From Paragordius varius (Eukaryota; Animalia; Nematomorpha), in NCBI GenBank assembly GCA_964247055.1, contig OZ176059.1, positions 1,240,001 through 1,304,000 on the forward strand: a DNA stretch of 64,000 nucleotides, read 5' to 3'. Shown here piece by piece: positions 33,249 through 46,800 of this stretch. Both the position numbers and the translations under genes were made by a program. A model generated the notes under the pieces. The model saw only the letters and a list, made by a program, of their open reading frames with translations. It made no database searches and was not told the DNA's origin. Each line of letters begins with the position of its first letter. Position 1 is the first letter of the stretch.

Positions 33249-36200
33249 GGTAAATGACGGATTAATAATTTTTATATTAGCAACGATTGTCAAATCCGTG
33301 AAATAATGATATAAACGAAATCTAAACTAAAAATATAATTGAAAATGACATATATGGTACAATAAAAAATTAAACAGATAATATATTTTATTGTAATATA
33401 AATTACCATATTATAGAAACCTTAAATTTTTTTATGTAAAACTCATCATTTTTGCGTTACAAAATATGGTATAGAGATAATTAAAAAAATCCCATATATA
33501 TATATATATATATATTTCACATTTTTCTCACATAGTTTATATTAAAAAACACAACACATGAGTTCAAAAGTAAGACTGTCTTTTTTGTTAAGAAATATAT
33601 TTATATATTTATCTTTTTGTCTTTATATAAATTAAAATTTAATTTTATTGCAGATTTAATAAGAAAAGACCCAACCTTAGCAAACATAGTTTTCCCCGTC
33701 CCAGGTGGGCCATAAAACAAGAGATTACGATACAAACCTTGATTCGATTTGGTTTGACGTGTGGATATGGCAATTTCCCTCAACCGTTCTTCCAATGTAG
33801 GCTAATAAAAGTTTATGCAAAAAAACAGAATAAATATAAACTTTATTATAATTATAATTTTTTTCGGTTGTTTTAAGCTTTAGGAAAAAATATAAATAAA
33901 AAATAAATTTTTACAAGTTTGTTTCAAAAAACAACAAGATAAATGATTGAGTTGACTTCTAAAACGACAAAAATAGAGGGTTAACCCCAAAAAAATTTCT
34001 GGTAATGTTTAATAAAAAATTTTTGGGGAATATTTTTGAAAAATAAAATCAAACTTACGCTTAAAATGACACCAGATAGGGCATTTTCGGCACGCATTGT
34101 ACTCCGTTTAATATACTAAATTATAATGTAATGTATAAATTTATACCAAATTTATCTAAATAAAAAAGAATAAAATTTTCAATTTTTTCTTTACATAAAG
34201 TAAAAAATTATATATACCATTTACAGTTCAAATTCACCCTTGAACAATTTAAATTCACCCTCGAACAATTCAAATTTATTCTAAAATAAATTAAGTGTTT
34301 GTTTTTTCTAAATTAAAAATTACTATTTTTTAATATTTTTAAAATATGAAGTTCTGTTTAAAATTAATATAATGCTGAAAAAATAATAAACTATGTCGTA
34401 AAAATATATTTCTCATAAATAATGAGTTATATTATCCCGAAAACACATAATAAATTTTTAGGGTTAATTTTAATTGTTCAAAGGCGAATTTAATTGTAAA
34501 TGGTATTTCAAAGTCCTATTGACATCCACCCCGCCGCAGTGTTGACTGGGGCATGAAAATGCCTATGCCCTAACAGCAAAGGCTCGTTTCTAATGATCTG
34601 TAAAATCATTTAATGGTTGCAAACAAGGGCATGTGTACTACGTAAAAAAACGCCTCAAATTACCAAGAAGTATATATATATATATACCATTTACAATTGA
34701 AATTCACCTTTGAACAATTCAAATTCACTTTCGAACAATTCAAATTCACTCTTGAACAATTCAAATTCACCTTTGAACAATTCAAATTCATCCTTGAAAA
34801 TTGAAATTCACACTTTAAATAAATTATGTGTTTTCGGGATAACATAACTCATCATTTATATGAAATATATTTTTAGAACATAGTTTATTGTTTTTTCAGC
34901 ATTATAATAACTTTAAACAAATTTTCATATTTTAAATATATTATAAAATAAAGGTAATTTTTAATCTTAAAAACACATAATTTATTTTAGGGTGAATTTG
35001 AACTGTAAATGGTATATTATAAATATTATTTCGAGGTACGTTAACTTACTCCGAATCTAGAGTATCATCCCCCCTACCTTTATGATGATGAAATAATTCC
35101 TTTAATTATTTCAATATAATGTGTCAAATATTTTTATTAAAAAACTATTGAAATCTCCTTAAATTATTAATTAATAAGGCTAAAACAAAGTCCACCAATA
35201 AAATTTGATAGGCTAAATAATAATATATATATATACATATATAAAATTCTTTAAAAAATTGACAATATATTAAAAAAAACTCATCATGAATATAAAAAAA
35301 AGAAAAAAACCTTTATAGGATGTTTCAAAAGTTCAGTTAGGGTAAAACGAGACGTGTCACGAATCAAAGACGGTTTTCCTAACCGATCGCCAATATATTT
35401 AGCGGTAACGCTTGTACCCTGTTTAGCGGTATATGCTCCTAGAGCTATAAGTGATATACCACCGGCCTTTTTAATTAAATACAGATATGCAAATATATAG
35501 ACAAGAAAAAAATTATAAGATTTAAAGTAATTAATAAACATTCAGCTTTAAGGGTAAAAAATTTTATTTGCGTTTAAAAAAAAATGGCGTCATGAGATTT
35601 AAGTATTACCAAAAAAAAATATTAAACATAACATTTGTTTGAAAATGATATATTTTCTACAAAAAAACGCAGGAAAGTGATATATTAGGATTGTGTACAG
35701 GCAAAATTATATTCATAACATAATCAAAGCATTCCATACTCCTCTTTAGTTTTTATTAATTATTCCAATATAAAAATGTTATCACAAACACTAAAAATTG
35801 AAATTATAAGGACAAAACGTTAAAATATAAAGACAAAGATTTTTTTGTTCAAAAGACAACCATACTTTATCAAAACTTAATTCTTTTTCCAATATAAATT
35901 ATTTAATACTAGAATTGTTAAATATTTAATTGATTATGTTACCGATTCACATCTCTATTTCGTATTTTGAAATCTAACACACTGATTTATATGTAAAAAA
36001 AATAAATTTAAAAAGTATGATTATTTCTAAAAACCTTATATTTTTACGTTTTGTCCGTATAAAATCAATTTTTGGTGTAATTTCAAAAAAAAGATAGAAA
36101 CAACACAAAAAAATGGATATGATTGAAAAAATCTTTGAAAAATTAAATTTTCATTGTAAAAATTCAGTTATAACTATAATAATTTATCTTACCATGGCTA

Positions 36201-39200
36201 ATATTTTATTCCAATCCGAAAGGAAGGAATCAAATCCAGCACCCAATATACTCGTAACAGATCTATAACACAATAAAAAATAAAATTAAGGTAATAATAA
36301 ACCACAAAAAAATAAAAAAAAATTCATTCATGAGAGATTTTAGTTTTAAAATATAATGTATTTATTACATGGATGGCTCAATATATTCGTATCATGCCAT
36401 TTTTTTATAAAACAAAATAATTTTTAAAGCTATTTATTTTTAAACAGTATATATACAATAAATGATATTTAACAAATAAAAAAATTAAAAAAAACATCGT
36501 AATTAAATTATTATGTTTACATATTTTTAAAAAAAGGGCAAATAAAATTCTTAAGGGGGAATACATAATTCTTAAAGGCACTATAAAATATTAAGAAATA
36601 ATCGAAATTGTTTAAGAGTTAATTCACTTGCTTAAGGAATTTATATTCTCAGGGGGAAAATTTTATTTGTGGAAAATAGATAAAATAATAAATTGTTTAC
36701 TATTTAAATTTTATACTCTTAAAAGCAGCTTAATTCTAAAAACTTAGTAAATATAAAAAATGATAAGAGGGGTAAATTATAATTAGTTTAAAATAACAAA
36801 TTTGTTTTTAAAGGCATTTTTTAATAAATATAATTTAAAGATTAAATTTAAGACGCTTAAAAAGGTAAATAAAATTATATTTTAATCATCTATAAAAAAT
36901 TTATCTACAAGCAATCAAAAAAAATTCTAACTTAATGCATTCATCACAGTGGATCTTCAAAATTAAAGGAAGCATATTAAGATAAATTTTCACTACATAT
37001 TCCATTTTTATGTTAATACTTCGCAAAACTTTATTTTCTAAGATTTAATTTAGCATGCCATACACAATAAATGATAAATAATTTGTTAAATTTTTACTAT
37101 AAGAAACTTATGATAATACATAAAAACAAACACTAAATATCGCAATTATACGGACAAAAGACAAAAAATTTTCAAAAGACAAATATTTTTTTTGCAATAG
37201 ACAACCCCACACATAAATTTTTAAACGTTATAATATTTCCTATATTATATTATTAGGTTAGTAGTTACAATTGTGGTAAAATATGAAATAATTGATTGTG
37301 TTACCAATCTATAAATCTTTATTTCTAAAAAATAACCCATTTTTTACACGGGGTGGGCCTGAAAACTGGGGGCCTAATTCAAAAAGAGGGCGAAGCTATT
37401 GTCGGGGCATTCCTTAATGATTATATTTTTTCGATATTTGGATTTGAATGGGTGTACCGGTTTTCCGGAAACAGATTACAAAGCCAGCATTTTCCATTTT
37501 TATAATTACATAGAGTTTGCAGTTGTTTAAAAGAGTGAACGCAGCCGACTAAGACTTTGTGTGCAGCCCGCGAAAAATTTGAAAATCCATAATAATTTGC
37601 AAAATGTGCTGCGCATTAAATTTTGGTAAAATTTGTATTTTCCTTAATAAATGTTCTGATTAAATCTATCCAATTAGCAAGAATTTAAATATTGTTTGTT
37701 ATATCATGTTTTTTGCATTTATTACTACAGTTTTACGGGTACTAATAAATTATTTTTATGAATGTGCCCATATATACATATTTCGAATGCAGACAGAGTG
37801 TTGGAATGTTTAAATTAAAAATGTTACCCGCGCGCAAAACCATTCGTGTTATAAACCCATGGTTTAAAACACAAATCTTATAAATCAAGGTTTACTAAAA
37901 GTACACAATGATTGAGTCTTTTGAAAAAAAAAGCATTCTTATAAAATTAAGCAAAAAACTGAAAAAACTTATAAAATAAATGCATCATAAACTTGATTGA
38001 TTCTAGCGTAGTTATCCGCTGTTCCTGAGCCTGTAAACGTAAGCGTTCAAGGATTAAATCACGATTTTCGCGTTCAACTTTAGCCTTGGCCCGGGCTTCC
38101 ATTTCAATGCGTTCCAATTCCTTTTCATGTCGGGCCTTAAGTTCATAATCAATCGTGGCTAAAAATTAATATACCATTTACAGTTCAAATTCACCCTAAA
38201 ATAGTTTTATGTGTTTTCAAACTAATATAACTCATTATTAATATGAAATATATGCTTATGGTACAGTTTATTATTTTTTCAGTATTATTTTAATTTAAAA
38301 CAAAATTTTTATTTTTGAAAAATATATGAAATATAGGAAATTTTTAATCTCAAAAAACATATATTTTATTTAAGGGTGAATTTGAATTGTTCAAGGGTGA
38401 AATTTAATTGTAAATGGTAAATAAACTTTTTTTTATAGGTTTGTTTGACTTTTACAATAAAAACTGAAATTATACAGACGATAAAAAAAACGTAAAAATT
38501 TATAAAGACAAATCTTTTTTTTTCACGAAAGACAACACCATACTTTATCATAACTTTATTTTTTCGATATAAACTATTTAATTACAATTGTTATATATAT
38601 ATATATATATATATATAGAATTAATTGTGTCACCAATATACATATCAATTTTATAATATGCAATTTAAAACATTGAGTTATATTTTAAAAAATAAAGTTT
38701 AAAAAGTATAGTTTTCTTTTTAGAAAAAATAATTGTCTTTATATTTTTACATTTTGTCCGTATAATTCCAATATTTAATGTAATTTCTGATTGGACCTGC
38801 AGAGTTAAAAAAAGTTAAATCAATTACATTTTATTATTAAATTTTTACACAGATAATCAAAATAATCCCTTAAATAAAAAGTTTTATAACAACCGCTAAT
38901 ATAGATAATAATTATTTGTAAAATGTAAAAATTTAAAAGATTGGAAATAAAACAAATACTTTAATAAAGACCAAGAGATATGATTAGGAAAATATTGATT
39001 AAATTAAAAAAACAAACACTATTTTTTTAAAATAATGAAAAAATTGTAAACCTTACATCAGGAAATATATTGTGTAAAATTGAAAGAATTACTTACGCAT
39101 TATCAATAATTTAAATAAAAAAAGCTAATATTGTGTATGATATGAAATAAAAATTTCCAATTTTCGACAAAAAAAGTTTTTATCGAAAAAAAAAATATTT

Positions 39201-39585
39201 TATTTCATATGCATCCTAGATTATTTTATTAATAAAGTAATATTAGAGTGTTAATGTTTCAATTTTACTGCAAACTCTTATGAAAAAAAAGTTTAACAAA
39301 ATGCTAGACTATTGTAGTTAGACAATGTAAGAATATTGGTGTTTTAAGGTATCAATTTTTATATGAATAAAAACTCAAAACAGGGGCATGTCCAACACGT
39401 CGCCCTCCGAAACTCTAAGAGCGGTCCGCGAAAATCTTAGAAAATCAATAATATGCTAACACAAATCTAATTAAAATTGAGAATTTCACAAATAATTTTT
39501 GCTAAATAAGTCTATCCAATTGTCAGGAACTAGAAAAAAATTGTTATATCGGATGATTTGCATTTTACAGTTTTAAATCCAATAA

Positions 39586-39624
<39 letters not shown>

Positions 39625-41636
39625 GGAATAATTCAGCAAAAATAATATAAATTTATTATAATATTTCGATTACTACAAGTAATCTTTGTCAAACGTAAAA
39701 ATAAAATAAAAATATAAACTAAAATTTAAATTATAAAATAGAAAATCGAATATATGTGTTAATGCCCATATACTTTTCGAATGCAACCCGTGGGATAATT
39801 CGATTTTAAATTCGACCCGCCCACTAAACCATTTATGTTAGACACCTACCTCTCTGTTTTAAAGAAATATCAATTTTTTGCAAAACTTTAAAAGTTTATC
39901 TCTCTCTTAATGTTAAAATTAAGCATTCAAATAAAAAAAAATTGTGTAAAACAAAATTAATTCTTTTAACCTTTGCGCATAGCTTCCTGTTTTTGAACAC
40001 TTTCCTCTTGCCTACGTAAATTTTCTTCATTCATTCTTTGCTATCAAATAGAATTTATGATATATATTTGATGGAAAAAAACCGCAATTCCCAATTATTA
40101 TCAACATAAAAGAAATAATGTAATTGTTAATTTCGGGCAAAATTATTTTATGCTTTTAAAAAAAATTAAAAAATTAAAAAAAAAAATTAAAAATTTACTT
40201 GCTGTCCTAATTGATCTTCATATCGTTTACGAGCTAATTGATCTTGATATTGGGCTCTCTAGCAAAGCAAAAAAATAAAAAAATCTCAACAATTGAATAT
40301 TTTTTATTACGGATTAAAATTATGTTTTTGATACATCAGCCAAAAGCGCGACGTTAACCACAAATATATAATATATATTATTATTATATATGCAATTATA
40401 ATTCAGCTAAAATAATCAAACGTAAAAAATAAAATTAAAATATAAACTAAAATTTAAAGAATTGCATACATAATAATACAATCACACTTCAGCATAAACA
40501 ATATCCAATATATATTATTATTCAACAAAAAATCAAATTTTGTTTTTTTGTTTTTCGTTATAAAAAATCTTGAACACATATTTAAATTTTGATATTTGAA
40601 AACCTTTTTTAACTTTGTCACCAAAAATTTTTTTTCTGAAATCTGCATTAAGTGTCATTAATACGTATTCTTTAATATAAATGCATTATTCAAGGAATAT
40701 GAAAAAAAAATGTTTAAATTAGTAGTTTATATTAAAAATTGATTCAAAACTTTAATGATAAAACTTTCGAGAAAAAATGTTCCTTAATTTTTATTAAAAA
40801 AAACCATTTTTTGAACAAAAAATAAAAAAATAAAACGTAAAAACCTGTTGACTTTGCTTAGTTTCTTCTGCCATAAGCTTACGTTTTTCCTCGTAATGTA
40901 TCTTTTGTTGTTCAACTTTCATTTGTTCAATGTTAGATTCATATTCCTATACATACATTAAACAATTTTCAAAAATAATTTATTTTGATGATTTTTTTTA
41001 ACTTATAATAAAATACTTTAATTTTTGATTGATGTTCAATTTGTTTCGTTTTTTCCTGAGTTTTGGCCAATTCTAATGCCTCCTTAGCATTTCCTAATAA
41101 AAACGATAATAATCATACAATAAAAATTGAAACATTTATAAAAAACTTTGTGTGAAAAAAATATTTTTTTTAATACATTTAATTTAAAAAATTACTTATA
41201 ATACTAATTATGAAAATTGTGAGGAATGGGTAGGGTTGCGTTACCATGTTAAATATTTTTTCCTGTGCAACCCAAAACAATAGGAAAAATATAAAAAAAT
41301 CAAAGGATTAAAAAGGGTTTGTATTTTAAAAATCATTTAACATTAAGTTGTTATGTTTTGTCTGTTTTTAATTTTGAATGTTGGTATAACAAAAATTGTT
41401 GGGATTTTTATTTTGAAAAAAATAAGCAAATTTTTACTAGATTGTTCCAATTCACGAGCGGCTTTAGCGGCCCGTTCAAGAGCAGATGAATCAAATCGAT
41501 ACGCTTCCATCCCTTTTGGTGGATTATTTTGATCCGCATTTGTATTAGGGTTGTTTTGAGAAGGTGTATTAGGTGGTGGTATGTTAGTACCTCCAGGATA
41601 TTGTGGAGGACTACCAAATCCGAATAGCCAAGACAT
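29749..41636 (-). CDS. ATAD3: ATPase family AAA domain-containing protein 3 (mitochondrial), ~571 aa; exons 41636-41438, 41093-41017, 40946-40845, 40258-40199, 40040-39971, 38158-37993, 36262-36193, 35466-35311, 34115-34059, 33801-33676, 32799-32675, 32325-32274, 31650-31580, 31079-30909, 30590-30482, 29853-29749
   Basis: MSWLFG start, [17 protein letters not shown], coiled-coil [19 protein letters not shown] segment, [13 protein letters not shown], Walker A GPPGTGKT, Walker [34 protein letters not shown]. Fifteen in-phase GT-AG introns sum to 1716 nt. Confidence 0.96.
32829..33056. mobile_element. 228-bp near-perfect hairpin MITE between two (TA)n tracts in ATAD3 intron 10
   Basis: Arms of ~95 bp, e.g. 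TTAAATGGGTATAAATATTTGGTAAAGAATGGAAAAAACAAGAGCTTTA and its reverse complement. Confidence 0.85.
33085..33216. mobile_element. Small palindromic MITE (related copy at ~51607-51826)
   Basis: AGTATGCATTTTAAT..TTATTTCACAC inverted termini and (TA)n flanks. Confidence 0.7.
34217..34503. mobile_element. MITE family A copy
   Basis: Same TIRs and TA flanks. Confidence 0.85.
34687..35012. mobile_element. MITE family A copy with ~6 left-end 21-bp repeats
   Basis: Same TIRs. The repeats start at 34701, 34722, 34743 and onward (period 21). Confidence 0.85.
35789..36077. mobile_element. MITE family B copy
   Basis: Inverted GAAATTAT..GGACAAAACGT / ACGTTTTGTCCGTATAA termini. Confidence 0.65.
37533..37861. 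mobile_element. hAT-like MITE family D
   Basis: Perfect 8-bp TSD GTTTAAAA at 37525-37532 and 37862-37869. Confidence 0.75.
38174..38417. mobile_element. MITE family A copy, ~13 nt from the ATAD3 exon-6 acceptor
   Basis: Same TIRs and TA flanks. Confidence 0.85.
38455..38780. mobile_element. MITE family B copy
   Basis: Same inverted termini, with internal (TA)n. Confidence 0.65.
39381..39856. mobile_element. hAT-like MITE family D
   Basis: CAGGGGCATGTCCAACAC ... TGTTAGACACC..CTG termini. Confidence 0.65.
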
Positions 41637-41804
41637 ATTTTTGTGTAATATGTAAAAAATTTAACGAACTTTACGGATTTATATATTGAAAATGAAAAAA
41701 AAAGTTTAAATGTTACTAGATGAGTAAAAAAACGTGATAGGATTTAAAAATGTGCATGTATGCGAAAACCATCAACTTTCATACAATTTAAAAAATAACT
41801 TTCA
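41637..41804. promoter_or_regulatory. Putative bidirectional promoter shared by ATAD3 and PMPCA
   Basis: Only 168 bp separate the two divergent start codons. No transcript data are available. Confidence 0.7.
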
Positions 41805-42590
41805 ATGAAATCTTTGTTGCGAAAAACAATCAATTACAGTTTACGTAAGGCTAGTAGCCGATGTATGGTACCTTTATCACAACAATTACCTAGTTTACCA
41901 AATTATTCAGGCAAAAATCTAGCAAAAACCCATTCTAATGATACCCAAATCACTAAACTTTCAAACGGTCTTACTGTAGCAACTGAAAATAGATTTGGAC
42001 ACTTTTGTACGGTTGGGATATGTATAAAATCGGGTTCTCGTTTTGAAGTCGCTTATCCCAGAGGAATTAATCATTTTTTGGAAAAACTAGCATTTAATGT
42101 ATGTTTAGCATTTGAGTGTTTAACATAAGATAATCACTTCAAACGAATGTTAATACTTATTTTATCATAATTTAGAGTACTCATAATTACAAGAATAAAG
42201 ATCACATTCTTGCCGAATTTGAAAAGCAATGCGGAATTTTCGATTGTCAGGCATCAAGGTACTTATCCTTATATAAATTGTTTTGCAAATTGTTGATTTT
42301 AAATATTTTGTTCATGGATTTATTAACTTTATTTATAGATTTCCTTTATTAATAACATACATTATAAAACAATTTGAAATTATCACGACTAAATGTTAGA
42401 GCAAAAGGAATATTTTTTAAATAAGTTATGTCCATATTTTCATACAATAATCTTATTTAGGTAAAACCAATCGTTTTGGCTAAGATTTTTATTGGTAAAA
42501 CTCTCTTTTATATATTACATTTTTATTAATATGAAAATAAGTTATAATTAAAAAATCAAGGTGTAAATAAGGTATGTCAGTCCGTGTATG

Positions 42591-42641
<51 letters not shown>

Positions 42642-43756
42642 ATCTTTAGTAAATCTTTATTTCTATTTTCTCTTTAGGGACACATTAATATACGCCGCCT
42701 CGGCCGAACTTAAGGGTATTGATAAAGTGGTGGACATTTTGTCGGAAATTGTTTTACAACCTCATTTTATCGATTCTGAGGTTATTTGAAATTAAAATAT
42801 TTTAATTTTGAAATTTAATTTGTTCTCATAGTTATAAAATCATTTTATACATTATTGGGGCCAATTTTATTTAATGAAGATTATTGTTTATGAATTAAAT
42901 ATTGTAAAATGTAGGTATTACGCCATATATCATATGATAAAAAACACAGTAAAATTATAAATTATTTCTTTTAAATGACTTAATATAATAACGATTAAAA
43001 TATTTTATGCAACTTAAAAACGAAAATTAAAATCAAAAATTATGAATATTACAGTGTAACATAGATAACTTGTGAAATAAATTTCTTAATTTGCAGCCGT
43101 TTATTAACAATTATATGGCTATTAATTATTTTATAATATGAGCCATATTTTTTTTAAAAATTTTTTAATATAAAAATATCTGTTTAAAATATGTATGGTT
43201 AAGGGTCCCCTTTAATTTAATAGTTCCAAATCTAATCCCAATATATTTATTTATTAAATCATTACTTTTAAAACTTGGTTACATTTTTTTAAGGATATTA
43301 TTTTTTTTCAATTGATATTAAATAATCGTTATGCTTTTTACGTTTTTTACCAACCTAAGTTTTTCAATGTGAATTCGAACGAATTTTGCATTATTATATA
43401 AGTTTTATCTATAAAGTATAATTTGGTATTTTAATTTAAATCACACAATTGTTAAATAGTTTATTTTTGCAAATGTCGTTTTAAACAAAACTATTCTTTA
43501 CTTTTAAAGTAACTTTTTGAAAATTATTGTTTAATAAAGATCATTTTTGAATGCTACTAAATATATTATTATCCATACATACATACATTATTATAGTTGG
43601 TTAATGCACGTAAAGCTATAACCTTTGAACTTGAAGATATGGGACTTAAACCAGATCAGGAACCGCTATTGATGGATTTAATACACGCGGTTACTTATTA
43701 ATTTTTAAGATAATAAAATGATTTTTAAATGATTTAAATTGTTTGATTTATAGATA

Positions 43757-43804
<48 letters not shown>

Positions 43805-46800
43805 AATTTTGGTAAATAGAGAAATTTTTACCAATTAGTATAGAGAAAAGTGGTGTATTTTTGAAAATTGTGATTCCGTTCCTATATCGACGTATACCAT
43901 TTACAGTTCAAATTCACCCTTTAACAATTCAAATTCATTCTTGAACAATTCAAATTCACCCTTGAACAATTCAAATTCACCCTAAAAATATTTTGTGTTT
44001 TCGATATAACTCATTGTTGAATGAAATATTTTTTCAGTATTATTTTAATTTTGAACAAAATTTTATTTTTTAAAAATGTAAAAAAATATAAGTAATTTTT
44101 AATCTTAAAAAACATTTAATTAATTTAGGGTGATTTTGAATTGTTCGAGGGTGAATTTGAATTATAAATGGTATATTAAAACAAGGCAAAACGAAATCCT
44201 TTTATATAATGATTAAATTACAATTTTTAATTGGTAAAATAATTTATACTTTTTGTTTTCACAATATGTTTGAAATAATTTTAGGCAGCTTTTCGTGACA
44301 ACACATTAGGCTTACCCAAATTGTGTCCAACGGAAAATATTGTTAAAATTGATCGGGAAATGCTTTACACGTATATGAGGGATCATTTTATCCCTGAGAG
44401 GATAGCGATCGTTGGTGTAGGTATGGCAAAAACTTTTTTTTGTTTCCATATTCCTTTTTTGAAAAAGTTTGCGCATAATTTGAGCAATATATATATTTAT
44501 ATATATATATAAGATTTTTTGATAAAAACATTTCCAATAGATTATTATTTCTGAAAAAATTTAAGTAATGATTTCATTTTTTGGCTTTAACGGGGTTTTA
44601 AATTTGTTCTATGTTTGTTGATTTATACATATTTAATTTTTAACTTTTTATTTAAATGCTGAATAACAAATATATAAATTTGAAAAATATCTAGTCTTTT
44701 ACAATAGTTATACATATATAATAGATTACTTGCATTATTAAGGTTATAACATATTATTAATGTGTAATACTACATTTATAAAATCAACAATTTTTCGCAA
44801 CTATGGTGTTTATTTTGGAAATCAGTCGCTCTCTACTTACATATATACGTTTAGGGAATACTTTTAAAATACGGAGTGTTGTAATTTTCATTTATTACTT
44901 TTTTATTGTGGTTTAAAGTTATTTTGAATTATCCTAAAAAAATTTCTATATATAATGGATAAAATTATAACTAAGGTTATCGATTCTATTTTTTTTATAT
45001 TGTTTGATTTATTAATTGCTGTATGTGTAAAAACATAATACAGTAAAATATATATGGCTAGTTTTTCATTAATTAATCCCAGATATATCGTATACGATAA
45101 AGGGAAATATTATTCGCTTAAAGTTAACGCATTTTACTATTAACCAATCAGTTTAAATTCACTCTTGAACAGTTCAAATGCACCCTTGAACAATTCAATT
45201 TCACCCTCAAATAAATTACGTGTTTTGGAACTAACATAAATTATTATTAATATGAAATATATTTTTACGACATAGTTTATCATTTTTTAAGTATTTTTTT
45301 AATTTTAAACAAAATTTTATTTTTTAAAAATATGAAAAAAAATATATAAGTAATTTTTATAATCTTAAAAAACACATATATTTTAGGGTGAATTTGAATC
45401 GTTTTCGAGGGTGAATTTGAACTGTTTTCGAGGGTGAATTTAAATTGTTCAAGGGTGATTTAAACTGTTCGAAGGTGAATTTGAACTGTAAATGATATAA
45501 ATGCTATTTATTTTTTCAAAATTTAATTTTATCATTTATTTTTCTTTAAAAAATGTTATTTCACCAAAGGTATTGAACATGAACGCCTCTTGGAAGCCAT
45601 AGATAAAACATTTGTGAAAAAAATTCCAATTTGGATGACTTATACGCCCCCATCACAACAAAACGATTCTGCAAACGCGACAAAGTTTGAATCTATCGGT
45701 CCAGGGGTAGATACCTCAGTAGCTCAATACACGGGCGGTTTAATTAGGGTTATAACTGATATTTGTTGAAATTATACTATGCTATTTAAACCTTAAATTC
45801 ACCCTCGAACAATTCGAAATCACCCTTGAACATTTCATATTCACTCACGAACAATTCAAATTTACCCTCAAATAAATATAATATGTTTTTTAAGATTAAA
45901 AATTACCTATATTTTAATATATTTTTAAAAAACAAAATTTTGTTTTAAATTAAAATAATACTGAAAAAATAATTAACTATGCCATAAAGATATATTTTAT
46001 ATTAATAATGAATTATATTAGTTCGAAAACCCATAATTTATTTTTAGGGTGAATTTGAATTGTTCAAGGGTGAATTTGAATTGTTCAAGGGTGAATTGAA
46101 CTGTAAATGGTATATATACTGTGCAATTAACACCTCAAATTCACCCTTGGACATTTTTAACTTTAAGTTAACTCTTGTACAATTTAAATCGATCCTGAAC
46201 AGAAATTATGTGTTTTATGGGCTACTAATATGACTCATTATCGAGAGATGAAATGTTTTTATTTTTTATGAATGTCACAAAATTAGGTAATTCTTGACAT
46301 TCAAACAAGGATCTATAATTTATTTTAGGATTTTACAAAAAATACCCAGTTTTTTTAAAAAGAAACCCAGTTTTTGAACATTTGCGATCATACAATCAAA
46401 ATGAAATTGTTTAGTTTTTTATTCCATTTTTTAAGATACTGACCAAAATTATTAATAATTTTGACCATTTATTGCGATCTTACTGGCAAAATAAAATTAA
46501 TTAGTTTTCAAGACTATTTTAAATAACGAGTTATTACCATATTTAATTTAAATTAGGATAGCTATATTTTTGTGATTATTGATTATCAAAAAATTTTTTA
46601 ATTAGCCAGTTTTAAATTAAACATTAATTGTGACAAAAATTTAGAATTTTAAGGCGCGTGATATATACATATTTTTTGTGATTGGAAAAGCAAAAAAAAA
46701 TTTTGAAATTACATAGATATCACTATGTAATTAACGATGTAATATAATAGCGTTTTTATTAGATTGATTCTTAGACATTTTTGATATAAAATATATATAT

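Noticed and set aside
34660-34845. ORF with LNCSKVN heptad repeats
   Set aside because: It is a translation of the 21-bp subterminal repeats of MITE family A, not a protein.
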